Shown: piece by piece, positions 11,443 through 24,941 of the stretch
Position numbering within the stretch: the stretch's first letter is position 1
Layout: every line of letters begins with the position of its first letter
Assembly (NCBI GenBank): GCA_951406725.2
Contig: OX597826.1
Location: 82,894,001 to 82,958,000 of the forward strand
Length of the DNA stretch: 64,000 nt
DNA from: Octopus vulgaris
Lineage: Eukaryota
Direction of reading: 5' to 3'
Notes under the pieces: model-generated
Told to the model about the DNA's origin: nothing
Seen by the model: only the letters and a program-made list of their open reading frames with translations
Database searches by the model: none
Program-made: the position numbers and the translations under genes

Positions 11443-12144
11443 GCATACATACATACGTATGTATGTATGTATGTATGTATGTATGTATGTATGTACAAAA
11501 ATATGATAATGTGTCTTCCCTTTGTAGAACAAAATTCTTTCCATTCTGTCGCATATCAATTGCGATATATGTCTTGTAAAAACAATTCGTTCCGAAGTCT
11601 CACCGAAGAACGAAAGTCGGCACATCAAACATTCATTTAAATGTTCCAAAATCACAAATTATTGATAAAATATATACTGTCATAATTGTACAATAAAATA
11701 TTAAATATCAAACATATCCTGAACAAGAAAAACACTAATAAACATCATTTATCATTCGGAAACCTCTTTTCCAATAATATGTAAAAGCTAACGGATATTA
11801 AAACAAATATTTATAATTTTGGCATGTTTTATTGCATGATAAATTACCTAAATAAAATAGAAAAAAGAATGTAGATTTTTTAATGTATTTAATTAATCAT
11901 TTTATCTCATGATCTGTTTCATTCGTTGTGGTATATATTCAAGTTCGGTTTGATATATATCATTAAAGGGAAATAATTCAACCCCACTTTTGGTCGTCAA
12001 GTGTTTACGTACATACATTCGCAGCCCGCTCACACGTAATTAAACGTTTCGAAGACATTTTATAAATGTCAAAGAAAAATGAATTAGCAGGGAAAAGGGG
12101 TTGCATGGTAGAAAAGAATTGTTTATATAATGAGAAGTCAACAA

Positions 12145-12214
<70 letters not shown>

Positions 12215-14489
12215 ACCACTTGTAAATGCAGACCTTACTGAAAGAGAAACAGTGAATTTCTTTATCAGTGTTTTAAAAGAATAGGCTGCCTCCTCCAGTT
12301 CCGGAATGCTCAAATTGATAGTAATACCGTATCAGAAAACTCGTCCACAGCTAACTCACAATGTGTCTTTGCTCAGACCAGAGGTAACAGCTTTCTTTAG
12401 TCCTTCCTCAGTTATGCTGCCGGTGATTTTGCATGATTTTTTTGGCCCCTTACCCCAGAGCTGAGTCATTCTTTTGTCCCGTTGAAACTTCTTCTGATGT
12501 CGATGGAGATTTTCCTTCTATGGTTTTCACCCAACTCACTTAAGAACACTTCCTTGACCCTTATTCCCAAAGAATTTCCCAATCATCAGCTACAATTTCT
12601 GCTTCAAATATTCCAATGCCCATTGTGGAGAAAATATGAGTCCTTAATTATTTGAAGAAAATTTCATGCCATTAAAACGAAACCTGTTCCACTTCTGAAT
12701 TGATTACTTCCAAACTATCTTTATTTCAGAATGTCGGGTAAAATCGCTTCAAAACTGAATAGCTGCTTTGAATACATCTTTCTTAGATTCGCTATGGTTT
12801 GCCGAGCTATGACCTGTAGCACAGCAGGGATGTTGCGAGGCAGCAAATATACTTGGCCAAAATCAAACTTCTGTGGTATTTGATGCTTGAAGTTACGAGT
12901 GTGTACTGAAGCATAAATCATGAAAAGAACCTTCTCGAGAAGGCGCTTCTCTTTGATGTTGTCACTTACACGTGAAACTCACAAGTTGTATCTTAATTCG
13001 AATAGCCAAAGCTATTATTCATTCAATGTGATCTACACCTAATTAGAAATAGGCCAGAGCTACGGCAGATACCTATGGGAAGAATTTAAAACGACACCTA
13101 AGCATCTTCTCTAAAGAATTTGCTTCTACAGTCTTCGAAGTCTTCTAAACATGTTGCTTGTTAGGTTAACTAATGATACTATGTTTCTTATCAAAGCCAG
13201 TTAAATTTATCAATCACATAAATAATGTTTTTGCTGTTGTGGTTGTGGTTGTTGTTGCTGAAAAAGATATAAATACTGATGAGAGGAAAAATAAGAATGA
13301 CAACAACAACAAAAAATCGTTGTGAGACTAATCCTGAAGAGAAGCTAAATAAAATTTAGTACTGTTCTTTCTTTTATTTTTATGTTTTATTTCTTCTGTT
13401 CTTCAAAATTTTAGATAATGATTTGTAAAAATAGACAACTACAAAGGAAAAGCTCGAAGCCAGCGGCACTTTTTGAATTTAGCTTCAATAACAGTTCTGA
13501 TTTGAAGTAAAAGAATTCCAGCAATCACCCTTATCAAAGCAATTTAGAAAAGGAGAAGGAGGAGGAGGAGGAGGAGGAGGGGGAAAATAAGCAACAAAAA
13601 CGACGACGACGACGACGACGACAAACAACAACAACAACAACAATCGCAACATCGACAACAGGCAAAAGCTCGCCAGGGAACATTAATCTGTAACAAATCA
13701 ATTGATCTCCGCATCACATTGGGGGGGGGGGGGATATTTTTTCTCTCTGTATTTGCATGTGTGTGTCTACGGAGGTTTGTGTAGGCGTATGTGTGGATGT
13801 ACCTCTCTGTAATTATATGTGTCCTTCTCTGTCCGTGTGTGTGTGTGTGAATGTGATTGTGGATGTGTATATATGTTCATGTGTGTGTAGTTTATATGTG
13901 TGTGTGTGTTGAGTGTCGTCCAGTGGATAGAATTTTGATTGTATCGATATACGCGAGTGAAAAACTGTAAAAATATACATGTGTATGCGTGTGTGTGTGT
14001 GTGTGTGTACGACAGAGTGTGTTTCCAAATAAAATCATAAAATTGTCTTAAGAAGATCTTGCGACCGACTTACTTCATCAACTTACAAATAGATGAAACA
14101 TACAGTCATAAATGCACATACATATACAAAATTACAAACACACATACATGCACGCATAGGCATATAATACTAGAATGAGACACATATATATATATATATA
14201 CGCACGCGCGCGCGTGTGTGTACATAAATATATATACAGATACAGCGATATAATACATGCCTGCAAAGTTATCGGTATGTGTGTAGTTCTCAGCATAACA
14301 CGATTAGATCAATATATTTTACTACACATGTAAACAACGTCGCAGATATCACGACTGACAAAACATGTAATGGTGAAATGGCATACTTATGAGAAGATTC
14401 ATGTTAAAGTCACTGTTATATACTACCGTACCAAATAATGCATGTAGGTGACCACTGGTTTAAGATGCAGTGGTAGGTATATGCATATA

Positions 14490-14542
<53 letters not shown>

Positions 14543-14654
14543 ATATATTAGTAAAAACGGTAAGATAACAAAAGAAAGAAAAAGACTTCAATATTATGTA
14601 AATAGAGGAAATTTATCTGTAAATAGAATATGTGACAGTTATTCGGTAGCCAAG

Positions 14655-14713
14655 ATAAAACTCTGAGTTTCGGATGCCGAGGTGGAAATACACAACACCA
14701 TCTCTTCGGTTAT
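14655..14713 (-). ncRNA. HHR motif (CCGAAGA variant)
   Basis: Minus strand: ATAA-CCGAAGA-GATG...CATCC-GAAA-CTCAGAG-TT-TTAT. Confidence 0.6.
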
Positions 14714-14779
14714 TTGGCCATCTGAAAAACGCTATGAAAAAAGACATACATACACATACACATACACACACACGCACAG

Positions 14780-14838
<59 letters not shown>

Positions 14839-14847
14839 CATATATAC

Positions 14848-14904
<57 letters not shown>

Positions 14905-15164
14905 CACACACAAGCAGTCGCGTCTCTCGCATACATACATGTTTGTCTCCCAGTGTGTGTGAAAAAATTATATATGTGTGTGTGTGTGTGCATTTTCAAT
15001 GTGTACAAATAACAAGGAAAAATAAATAAATAAATAAATAAATAGTTACCAGGGTAGCAAAATTCACATAAGTGCCAGGGATATTGCAGTCTACTTATAA
15101 AGGTATAAATTCCAAGGTTAAATGAAATGTTTTTGTATAACACAAATAAATTAAGAAATGGTGT

Positions 15165-15840
15165 CAAATGCTGGTGTTATTCAAATCATTGATACTTCTA
15201 ACATATGTTTCGAAAATAAGCCTTGAGATTATTCCGGAGGGAATAAAAATTATGTAAAACAATGCAATCATCACGTCAGGAAAAAAGAAAAGGAACAAAA
15301 CACATCAATAAGCCATTTTAACCGAATGTGATTACTGTGTATATGATAAAGGTGAACCCTAGCAAGTTATGTTTTAAAAAACCGTTAATAGATTTAACAT
15401 CAAAGGTAATTAAGAGAAAGAGAAGAAGGAGAAAGAAAGAAATCAACTGAAAATTAAGAGTGGCATAATATAGTGTCATAGATGAATGAGAAATAAATTT
15501 AAAAGCGTGGAAATAGATACATGTAGAGGAATGAAATGTAAGAAGATAGTTAAAGGTCGAATTTTATAGATTAGTAGAAATGTCTGATAGGAAATAAAGG
15601 TATGTTCTTGCCAATGTTTACAACTAGAAACGCGTTCTTTAAACGTATTTACAAGAGGATTCTCCGAGAAAAGGATGAGAAATTGCTCTCCGTCACAGAT
15701 CGGACAAAAAGATCTACCTTCGTCATATGCGAAGGATCGAGATAGAATTTTCCATTCCAAATCGAATTGCTCATTATGTTCTTTTAGAGGCCAAATAAAT
15801 TTCCTAAGCCCAGTATTGTTGGGCATATTTCTTTGGTTGC
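15165..15840 (-). mobile_element. Naiad-type PLE 3' fragment (GIY-YIG C-terminus plus pseudo-LTR with degenerate HHR at 15196-15283)
   Basis: ORF 15476-15826 reads NTGLRKFIWPLKEHNEQFDLEWKIL...FCPICDGE...LVNTFKE..SSCKHW. The downstream sequence is homologous to 5850-6060. Confidence 0.85.
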
Positions 15841-16288
15841 TTGTGAGGTATTTGTTCCTTTGGGGAAAAAGAAAAGCATCAAGTGCCGAAAATGAACTTT
15901 CTTATCTTCTTTTTTAAAGGGTTACAGAATTAACACATATTATAGGAACATAAATCTTCTTCCACGAAAAGATAGCTTAAACTGTGCTCTAAATGGAGGT
16001 GTAGTCAAATTCTATTTTATGGACTCAACCATGATCTAAAATAAGTCGAAAGGTAAGCTGCTATAAATCGGCACGAACTTTCCGGACAACCCAATATATT
16101 ATGTATGTATGTTTGTATGTATATATTTAAATACATATGTTTGTATGCATGTATATATAAACATATATACATATATATATATATGAGTGTGTGCGTGTGT
16201 GTGTGTGTGTGTGTGTATGTATTATGCATGTGAAAGGCACCACTGCATATCAGCGTGTCGAATAATATTTATAGACTCGTCAGAATAG

Positions 16289-16329
<41 letters not shown>

Positions 16330-16337
<8 letters not shown>

Positions 16338-16735
16338 ATTCATAAATGAGTGCAAGGGAAAAATGTCTAATGCCAAATATGCAAACACTAAGTACCCCAA
16401 ATACATCCAAAATAGAAATACTCCAGCCCATTCGAGGCACGTGCGATTTGAACTGAGGCTCTCACAGAGTGAGTTAGTTAGTCCGGAAGTGAACGCTTAA
16501 ATTTATATCAAATGTGAGGATAAAATTCTTTTCGAAAAAAAAATTTTTTTCTCGAAAAAAACTTTATCAATGGCCAGCATATTAAAAAATACCTTTAACG
16601 GTTAAATTTATAAACAATTCATAAATGAGGGCAAAGGAAAAACTTTCTAATGCCAAATATGCCGAAAAATTGGACATATTGTCCTTTAACCATATAATCT
16701 TTTCACAATACGCACGCTACTCGAAAAAAGACTTG
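16330..16735 (-). repeat. dispersed repeat, same family as 58815-59245
   Basis: TATCAATGGCCAGCATATTAAAAAATACCTTTAA.GGTTAAATT and AAGTACCCCAAATA.ATCCAAAATAGAAAT are shared between the two loci. Confidence 0.8.
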
Positions 16736-16754
16736 CTAATAATAATAATAATAA

Positions 16755-16785
<31 letters not shown>

Positions 16786-17000
16786 AAGAAGAAGAAGAAG
16801 AAGAAAAAGAAGAAGAAGAGCAACAACAAAAACAACATCGAAAAATACCTTATGAATGAGAACCCAGGTTCGAAATTTCTCCATGACACGTGATGAAGAC
16901 TGGAGGAAACATCAGCCGAAACGTTGTGTTCACAACAGACAAGACGAGGACAAATATCCGTCAATTGTAAATAATGTAAATAATGTAAACAATTCCTCAT
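16735..17000 (+). mobile_element. solo copy of the HHR-bearing pseudo-LTR seen at 9420-9600
   Basis: (AAT)(AAG)n tract, AACATCGAAAAATACCTT...GGTTCGAAATTT, then ACAC-GTGATGA-A-GACTG/CAGCC-GAAA-CG-TT-GTGT (16886-16929). Confidence 0.75.
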
Positions 17001-19029
17001 TTCTTAAATATTGAACCGTAACATTTATAGGATTATTTTTGTTTTAACGAAATAAGAATGTTTGTTATAAAATTATTTTTATAAAATGATATCTACAAAA
17101 TTTGTAACTTAGTTAATAATGCAATTCAAATGAATTAACAGTAAACATATATTGTATAGAAATTTATGCAAGTATGAGTTAGAAAATCTAATTCTAAAGG
17201 ATGAATTTAATAAACTTTATTTAATCATTTTACTATGCCATTTAATGAAGATGCAATGAATAAAACTCTACAAGGGCAACAACTTAATAAAAAATTGTCA
17301 TATATGTATCGTGCAGCTGGCAAGTGAAATGGAAATAAATTTCAGAAATGGATTCCTTCACCTCATTCACTAAAAATAAAATTCTTGTTTGCCATCATAA
17401 AACATTATCGTAAATCATTTATGTTTTACAATAGATATACGAACAAAACTCGGATTTTAACTCATGACCAGTTATTAGTTCTTTTAAAATGTAAAGAAAA
17501 TTGATACCGCTGAAATTACTGATTATTTAAAGTTAGGCTATTTATATCGTTAGTAGGATATGTAGTTTGTCTTAAATGTTTAATCAATTAAGTTAATCTC
17601 AATAGCGTCGCGGGATTTCAGGAGGAAATATTATGGAGATGTCTATAAGAAGTTATTTTAGTGATAGATTTATGGAAATAGGAAGAGGAGATCTTTAGGG
17701 CTTTCATTTTGGAACAGCATTATAATGTAAAACTCCTAATGTATTATTGAATTGAAATTTCAGATTTATTTAAAAGAATATCAAGAAAATGATATTGCAA
17801 TTAGTTTATGTTTAAAATAATTCATTGTAGAATTTCTATAAAATAGAATTGCCTTTTATGAGATTATGTAAAATGATATAAAAGATGAGTGAGAACCATT
17901 TTGTATATATGGAATCAAAGGTATTATTTTGTGAAAAAGCTACGTAAAAAGCCTGCGATATCAAAGGAAAATTGGCACATATGCTTGAATATAAATGATT
18001 TTAAGTTAACATTAATGTGGATTAAAATGAAAATGAAAAGTGATATAGAAAGAGGTTATAAGTTTAAATATTACGTACGAAATGTTTTATTATTGCCGAG
18101 GAGTATATAAAGTCATGAATGAAAATATACAACCCTTCAAATGATATTTTGTTGGATAGTAATATATTTCTAATATATGCGCGTGTAAATTATATATTGA
18201 TACATAAAGCAATTTCGTTTGTGATTAACAAACGGTATAATGTGGTTAAAATTGTTGCTATTCTTAATATCATTACAAAACTGTATTATGTCTGTGACAT
18301 ATATGTATCTAAACTGCACATTTTAATATACACTCATATTAGTTTCATATTGCGGATAAACCATTCTCAGAACGTCCTACATTTCCAAATAGGAAATATT
18401 TTGTTGAATGCATCTTCAAACACTTGTGAAGTATATTAGTAGATTTACTATCACAGTTTTATTCCATAGCATTAAAAAAACAGTTTCACATACAAACAAA
18501 CTGCTTTGCAATTAATTAATTTTTGGTAATTGCAGTAGAATATTTCCATTAATGGCAATTGCATTCTTCTTTATTAAAATTTCTTAGTGTGTAGGCAATG
18601 TATGAGATTATATAAACGCTTGGCACTTATAAACTCCGATCTTAATTCCTAGAATTCCACTGAAATGCATTTGTTTAAATTTACACTCACAAATATCACA
18701 TTTATCCTATCTATTGGCATGTTATATATATGACAAAATATTCTGTTAAACCATGAATTTATTAAACTTTATTTCTGGCCATTATTATTATCTACTTTTT
18801 AACGGAGTATTTATTTATATCCAATTGAATTGATTACTTATTCACATACCCAACAATCAAATCGGATTATATAAATTGTACGTTTACTTATTCAAACTGA
18901 CAACCAATCTTTTTTTCTTTTAATCTTGCCTTTTTATTCTCGATACAATTGAAATTTTATCTTCTATAAATATTCTAGCTTAAATTCCACTGTATTTGTA
19001 CATGCATTTTGTTTGTACTCTTCCTGTGT

Positions 19030-19340
19030 CCTAGGGGCGCAAACTAGGATGCTCTTAATGTTGGGGCGCAGCTAAACGAGATCTAACGTTATGCCTGTTG
19101 AATATGGGTCTGTGCCTATGGGAGCAACTGAAATACTTGTCTATTAATTTAAGGAAAAGTCTACCTACGGGAATTATTGTTGTGGGAGTGGGGGAACCAA
19201 ATCGTATTTCTGCAGCGCTTTCTTCTGCGGCTATTGGGTTCCGGCATGTAGGAGATGCGGTCCCTAAACTCGCTGGCAGCTAGGGTTTCATTATAGTACG
19301 GGGCTGCTGCATCAAAGACTTCTTGGCTAGAGGAAAAACC
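19030..19340 (-). mobile_element. inverted 5' segment of a Naiad-type PLE (RT thumb/linker)
   Basis: Minus strand: SSSQEVFDAAAPYYNETLAASEF...RRKRCRNTIWFP...VGRLFLKLIDKYF...IFNRHNVR..SCAPNIKSIL (frameshifted). Confidence 0.85.
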
Positions 19341-20730
19341 CGAATTCCGCTGCGAAACCGAAGGGGTAGTAGATCCAGCCGAGGTTCTAGCATGCCTTTA
19401 ATACCTGACGAAACAATAACGGCCGTAGACATGAGAAGAGAGCCAGTAACACAGCCGCCATCACCACGACCACCACAACGGATGGCATCATCGCTAACAA
19501 TAACAGCAACAGCAGCGGAATCACCACCACCACCACCACGAACCTTACCAATGACTTCGCCGACGTCCACGATGCCAGGCTTATTGGCCACTATAGTAGT
19601 AGTAGTAGTAGTAGCAGAGACAACGGATCCAGTTCGATCGCTGGCTAGAACGGCAACAACAGCAGAACCGGCAGTGGCGATAGAACCACTGTCGCCACCA
19701 CCACATCATCCACCTCACCCTCCTCCACCACCACCATCACCAGCAACAACACCAGCAGCCTCGACTCCACTAAGAACAATAGCAACACCGGCGCCGGCGC
19801 CTGCAGCACCCCCGACGACAACAACAACAGCAACGCCAACTCCGGCAGCAACAACGACTGCACCAGAATCAACACGCGCAGGAACGAGAATATGACTGGT
19901 ACGAACAGCCCAGCGTCGAGAACACCAGCACCAACGGCAGCAGCGACGACACCACTGGTGGCATCAGCGGCACGGTAGCAGTAACAGCAGCACCAGAACA
20001 CCAACAACAGCAGCAGGCGCAACGACATCACGCGCCCACAGAAGTACGTGTGGTACATTGGGAACTCTCTCAAACAACGTATTTCCAATCATCTGTCCTC
20101 CTTCACAGTCCCAGAAAGGAAATAAGTGACATCGCCGGCCAGCCATATCTGGCAATTATGTGACGACGTGATTCCGTACTCGATCACATGGAAAATACTC
20201 GACAAAACAGGCCCCGGCATCAACGTGACGGAACGGTGAAAGTTATGCATTGCCGAATGCACGAGGATCCTTAAAGACTCGATGGTGCCAGGGAGCATTC
20301 TGAACCCCTGGATGGAGATTTTCGGACTGTGCTTGCAGTTTAGAAAATTCCTGCTGGCCTTTTGGAATCCGTGGCATGACAGCTAGAAAACAATTGCCAA
20401 AGCCGAAGAGAGACAATCGTTTACCTTCGTGGTGCTTTGGTGACCGCAAGATGGCAACGCGACCGAAGATCGAGGAACAATGGCAAAGGGAGATAATCAC
20501 ATAAGGTTTTACCCTTAAAAAGGAAACTTTTCTCTCTCCATATTTTAAAGAGGTCTCAGGCCAGCAGTGTTTAGGGTCTGAAGATACGCCGTAAGGCTAA
20601 ACACCTTATGACCGAGAAACCCAAGGTATCCCCATAAACCGGCCTACCCCATAAACCAGCCTACCCCACTATATCATTAACTGCTTCACATCTTAGTGTG
20701 CTTCTCCTCCGGATTATGTACTTCTACAAA
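19341..20730 (+). mobile_element. Naiad-type PLE 3' segment: split GIY-YIG endonuclease plus 3' UTR with degenerate HHR
   Basis: CETEGVVDPAEV (GIY equivalent, 19351-19386). From 20042: KYVWYIGNSLKQRISNHLSSF...SHIWQL...YSITWKIL...ER*KLCIAE...ILNPWMEIFGLC. CTGAAGA..GCC-GTAA-GGC-TAAA at 20578-20601. Confidence 0.85.
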
Positions 20731-20775
<45 letters not shown>

Positions 20776-21169
20776 TAGACACATACATAGATAGATACAT
20801 ACATACATACATGCATACATAAATTGGCATGCGTGTATATATACCTAAAATATGTACATATATACACATTTGTGCAGATATAAGCACACATACACACACG
20901 TACACACACATCTTTAAACAGGTACAGATAGAGATATAGATAATGACAATCAGAGGGACATTAAATTACGAATAAATTCAAAAATAAAGTGTAAAATAAA
21001 ATATTAAAATGTTTGAAAATAAGTCAAATAAATTGAAATGTAATTAAATAATCAATTATAAACAGTAAAACATTAGACCAAATATGTCATATATAAATTA
21101 TCCTACACCGACAGATCGACTATTACTTTTTATTTTTATTGTTCTTACCATTCTTCAGACCTAATTTAT

Positions 21170-21227
21170 TATCCACAAGCAATGAACCCCGGCGTTGTCC
21201 TGATGTTATGACCTACAGCTACATTGT

Positions 21228-21283
<56 letters not shown>

Positions 21284-22440
21284 TTTCGAGTTCAAGCAGA
21301 ACGTACGCACCCCCACTCCGTCGTTGCCCGGGTCGGTGATAATAACACCATGACCAACTGGTATGGTATTTCAGTACATTTCTCTAAGGGAAAATTGTAC
21401 CAATCAGTGAACACAGTGTGCATCCCGACCAATGAAGGGACACGCAGCGTTTGCGGACTCATGTGTGTAGATGACCTTAGTTTGCACTCGTATAGATGCG
21501 CGGTGTTGTTGTTGTCTTCACTGAGGTTAACATGTTAGACATTTGTGTTCCATCGCACCACTCGCGTTATAGTAGACGCTCAACCACTGTGAAAAATAGA
21601 GATTGTTGAGAAATCTTTACGAACTTCACGGCTTATGCAATGAATAGTAGGCCTGACTGTATCCTAATGATGATAAGCAACTCTGCATAAATTGGTTTGA
21701 ATAACGAGAAAAATGTTAAAGGCAAGAAAGCTCGAAAGGTTTTAGTCCCTGCTTCACGTCTTTACCACACTGGAACGAATATAGGCTCCTACTGTGCCTA
21801 ATCCTTGGTGGAAATTAAAATATTGAATTTCAACCTGAAAACGCCCCTTTGGCATTCCTGAGTCGTTTGCTACCAAGTAAATCCCAATTACGCCAGAATA
21901 CGATTCCTTAGGAAATTTTGTGTTGAAAAAATAGGGTTTTGTGCAAAGAAATTGTATCACAATACTTCAAAGACATCGTTTAACCATGGAATACTGAAGC
22001 CGTTTACATTGACAGTTTAGCTGTGGCCAAAAGGTCATTACTGATGAAAAATGTGCCAATAATTGTTCGGGAAAAGCATGTTTTTTGGTCATTTTCCGTT
22101 GACAAATATGGTTTTCTGCGTCACAAACGCACTTATAACACTCTTTGAACATTGCTGCATTTTTTGACACCGAAAACATAAAAATTAGCAACGTAGAGTA
22201 GAAGCAAATCCAAATATTGCCCCAAAATGTCCTCAAAATTGTGCGACCGAACATCATTTTCAAGGTTATTTTTGGCGTAAAACAGAATTGCTGTAGAAAG
22301 AAACATACTTCATTTGGTAGCCGTAAGATTACTGAATATTTTGATAACTCATACGTCAAAACCGGCAACATACACATCACACACAGATGCTAGCACACAA
22401 GCACACACGCACACACAAGCTCTGTTATATATGTATTGAT
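21170..22440 (-). mobile_element. probable non-autonomous Helitron-type element(s)
   Basis: Plus strand begins with CAAGC...CCCGGCGTTGTCC and CCGTCGTTGCCCGGG (hairpin-like 3' terminus) and ends with a CA-repeat plus TTATATATGTATTGAT. This is the layout of animal non-autonomous Helitrons in reverse orientation. No coding evidence. Confidence 0.4.
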
Positions 22441-23074
22441 TCTTCCTTGAATGCTAATGCTATTAATTGCAAAATGCCTACAAAATTGATTGTTTGCAAC
22501 GAATTACAATTCCAGTTTGTTTTTTAATAACGGAGTACAATCAGCTCCTGAAATTAGCATCAACAATTTTATCACTTCCATAATAAACGGCAAATTTGTA
22601 ACATACATAGAGGTTTGCCGTTAAGTCCTATCATTGTTACTAACATATTTAGGAAAAAATACACAGCAGAAATACGATTAAGTAAAACGGAGCTAAATTT
22701 TTCACTTGATTTTCTATAATAAACAATAATTTATATTGCATTTCAAATCACAATAAGTTGCAACGTTAGGAAATAAAACACAAAAACATGGTAAATATTC
22801 CATAATTTTTGCAGTTAAATTACTCACGCTCAGAATACTGTTTTCAATTCTCAAAAATAGCATTCCACCTCTGCACAGATTCTATTTAATTTATAATATA
22901 TCAACTATCAAACTATCGAAAAAGGAGATGATTTCCTTTCGCAAATACAAATCAGATACAGTGTCTTGTTACCCAGCTGGAGCAGATGTCTTCCTGGGGC
23001 TATAAACAGCAGTAGCATCGTCCCCTATGGGTCAGCCACATTTAGGTGGCAAATATACTTCACAATAATAATAA

Positions 23075-23470
23075 TCCTTTCTACTAAAGGCACAAGGCCT
23101 GAAATTTTGGGGGAGGCGACTGGCCAATTACATCAACCCCAGTGTTTCACTGGTTCTTAATTTATCGACCCGAAAAGATGAAAGCAAAGTCGACCTCGGT
23201 GGAATTTGAACGCAGAACGTAGCGACGGACGAAATACCTATTTCTTTACTACCCACAAGGGGCTACACACAGAGAGGACAAACAAAGAGAGACAAACGGA
23301 TTAAGTTGATTATATCGACCCCAGTGCGTAACTGGTACTTAATTTATCGACCCCGAAAGGATAAAAGGCAAAGTCGACCTCAGCGGAATTTGAACTCAGA
23401 ACCTTACGGCAAACGAAATACAGCTACGCATTTCGCCCGGCGTGCTAACGTTTCTGCCAGCTCGCCGCCT
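23075..23470 (-). mobile_element. SINE family A, head plus two tandem body units
   Basis: Same head (GGCGGCGAGCTGGCAGAA) and the same GAAATACCTATTTC junction, at ~23231. Confidence 0.9.
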
Positions 23471-23472
23471 TC

Positions 23473-23748
<276 letters not shown>

Positions 23749-24515
23749 ATGTCGAGTAATTGATAAACCTACACTAAAAGGATATTTATTGTTTGTGCAA
23801 AGATGTCGTATATAAGTGTATAGTTGGAACATAAACAGATGTTTCCGTTCGAATTGCACTCAAATATTTTAGGTCAATCGTTAAAGACATTTTTAATTTA
23901 AACTGAAACGTGTAATCTACAAACTGAGAGATCTGTTTTAAAATCTGCCGAATATACACCGTGCAGATGGAGATTGCCCTCTTTATGTATGCCAGGCACA
24001 TCTCTGACAATTGCATTACCTCGCTACATCCTCTTTTTCCTATACACATTCTTTTTTTGCTTTGCTTTTTATTCATTTAACCTTGCGCTCAAAACGTAGG
24101 TTCCTCTTTTTGTTTTATTATGACTCAATTATTGGGTTTTGTTATCGCATATATTTCTTTGTTGTTAATTTTTTTACTATACTTTTGCTCCGTATATATT
24201 CACTTTGTATGTTATATTTACACCAGCAATGGTGATTTGGTTTTACTATTTCAAAACCATTCATGATGAAATGACTTTCACATCATATTCAGCTACATTC
24301 ATTTAATAACTACAATTAATAAATATGTAATTATTACTTGGTTTGTAATGATTTTGTGTAAGATATAGAGAGACAGCTGTAAATAAAATGAAATTTTTGA
24401 GAAATATTGATGAGATCGTTTGTTTTCTATTCTTTTTAATGCGAGCGTGTGTATAAACAAGTGCTTATCTATTTCATTGTAGGTGATATTAATTCGAATA
24501 TGTGCACGCGCGAGC

Positions 24516-24565
<50 letters not shown>

Positions 24566-24704
24566 CTGTATTTTGCATACATTCATACACATGGGCACAA
24601 CATACATTTGAGTCTGGTACTTACACTATGGAAACGTGCAAACACCCACATCGCTTGTCAAGTGGGTATGGGGAACAAAGACAGACAGAAAGGCACACGC
24701 TTAT

Positions 24705-24812
24705 ATATATACGAGAGGTTTCTTATAGTTTCCGTCTACCAAATCCATTCATTAAGCTTTGTTTGGCCCGAAGTTATAGCAGAAGACACTTGCCACACTG
24801 AATCCAGCTCCT
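24705..24812 (-). mobile_element. SINE family B, internally deleted 5' half
   Basis: GTTTCCGTCTACCAAATCCA...GGCCCGAAGTTATAGCAGAAGACACTTGCC matches 63655-63725. Confidence 0.75.
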
Positions 24813-24813
24813 G

Positions 24814-24868
<55 letters not shown>

Positions 24869-24941
24869 GTATGTATATATATATATATGAATGTATGGGG
24901 GCGTGCATGTACATGTGTGTGAGCATATATATGTTAACTCA

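Noticed and set aside
19323-19895. 190-aa Pro/Thr/Ala-rich ORF resembling a mucin or extensin
   Set aside because: It lies inside a Naiad element between the GIY and YIG motifs and is most likely an alternative frame of the low-complexity insert.
20374-20480. SECIS candidates (ATGA...AA...GA) downstream of the Naiad TGA
   Set aside because: Helix II pairing is too weak by eye. Needs SECISearch on a family consensus.
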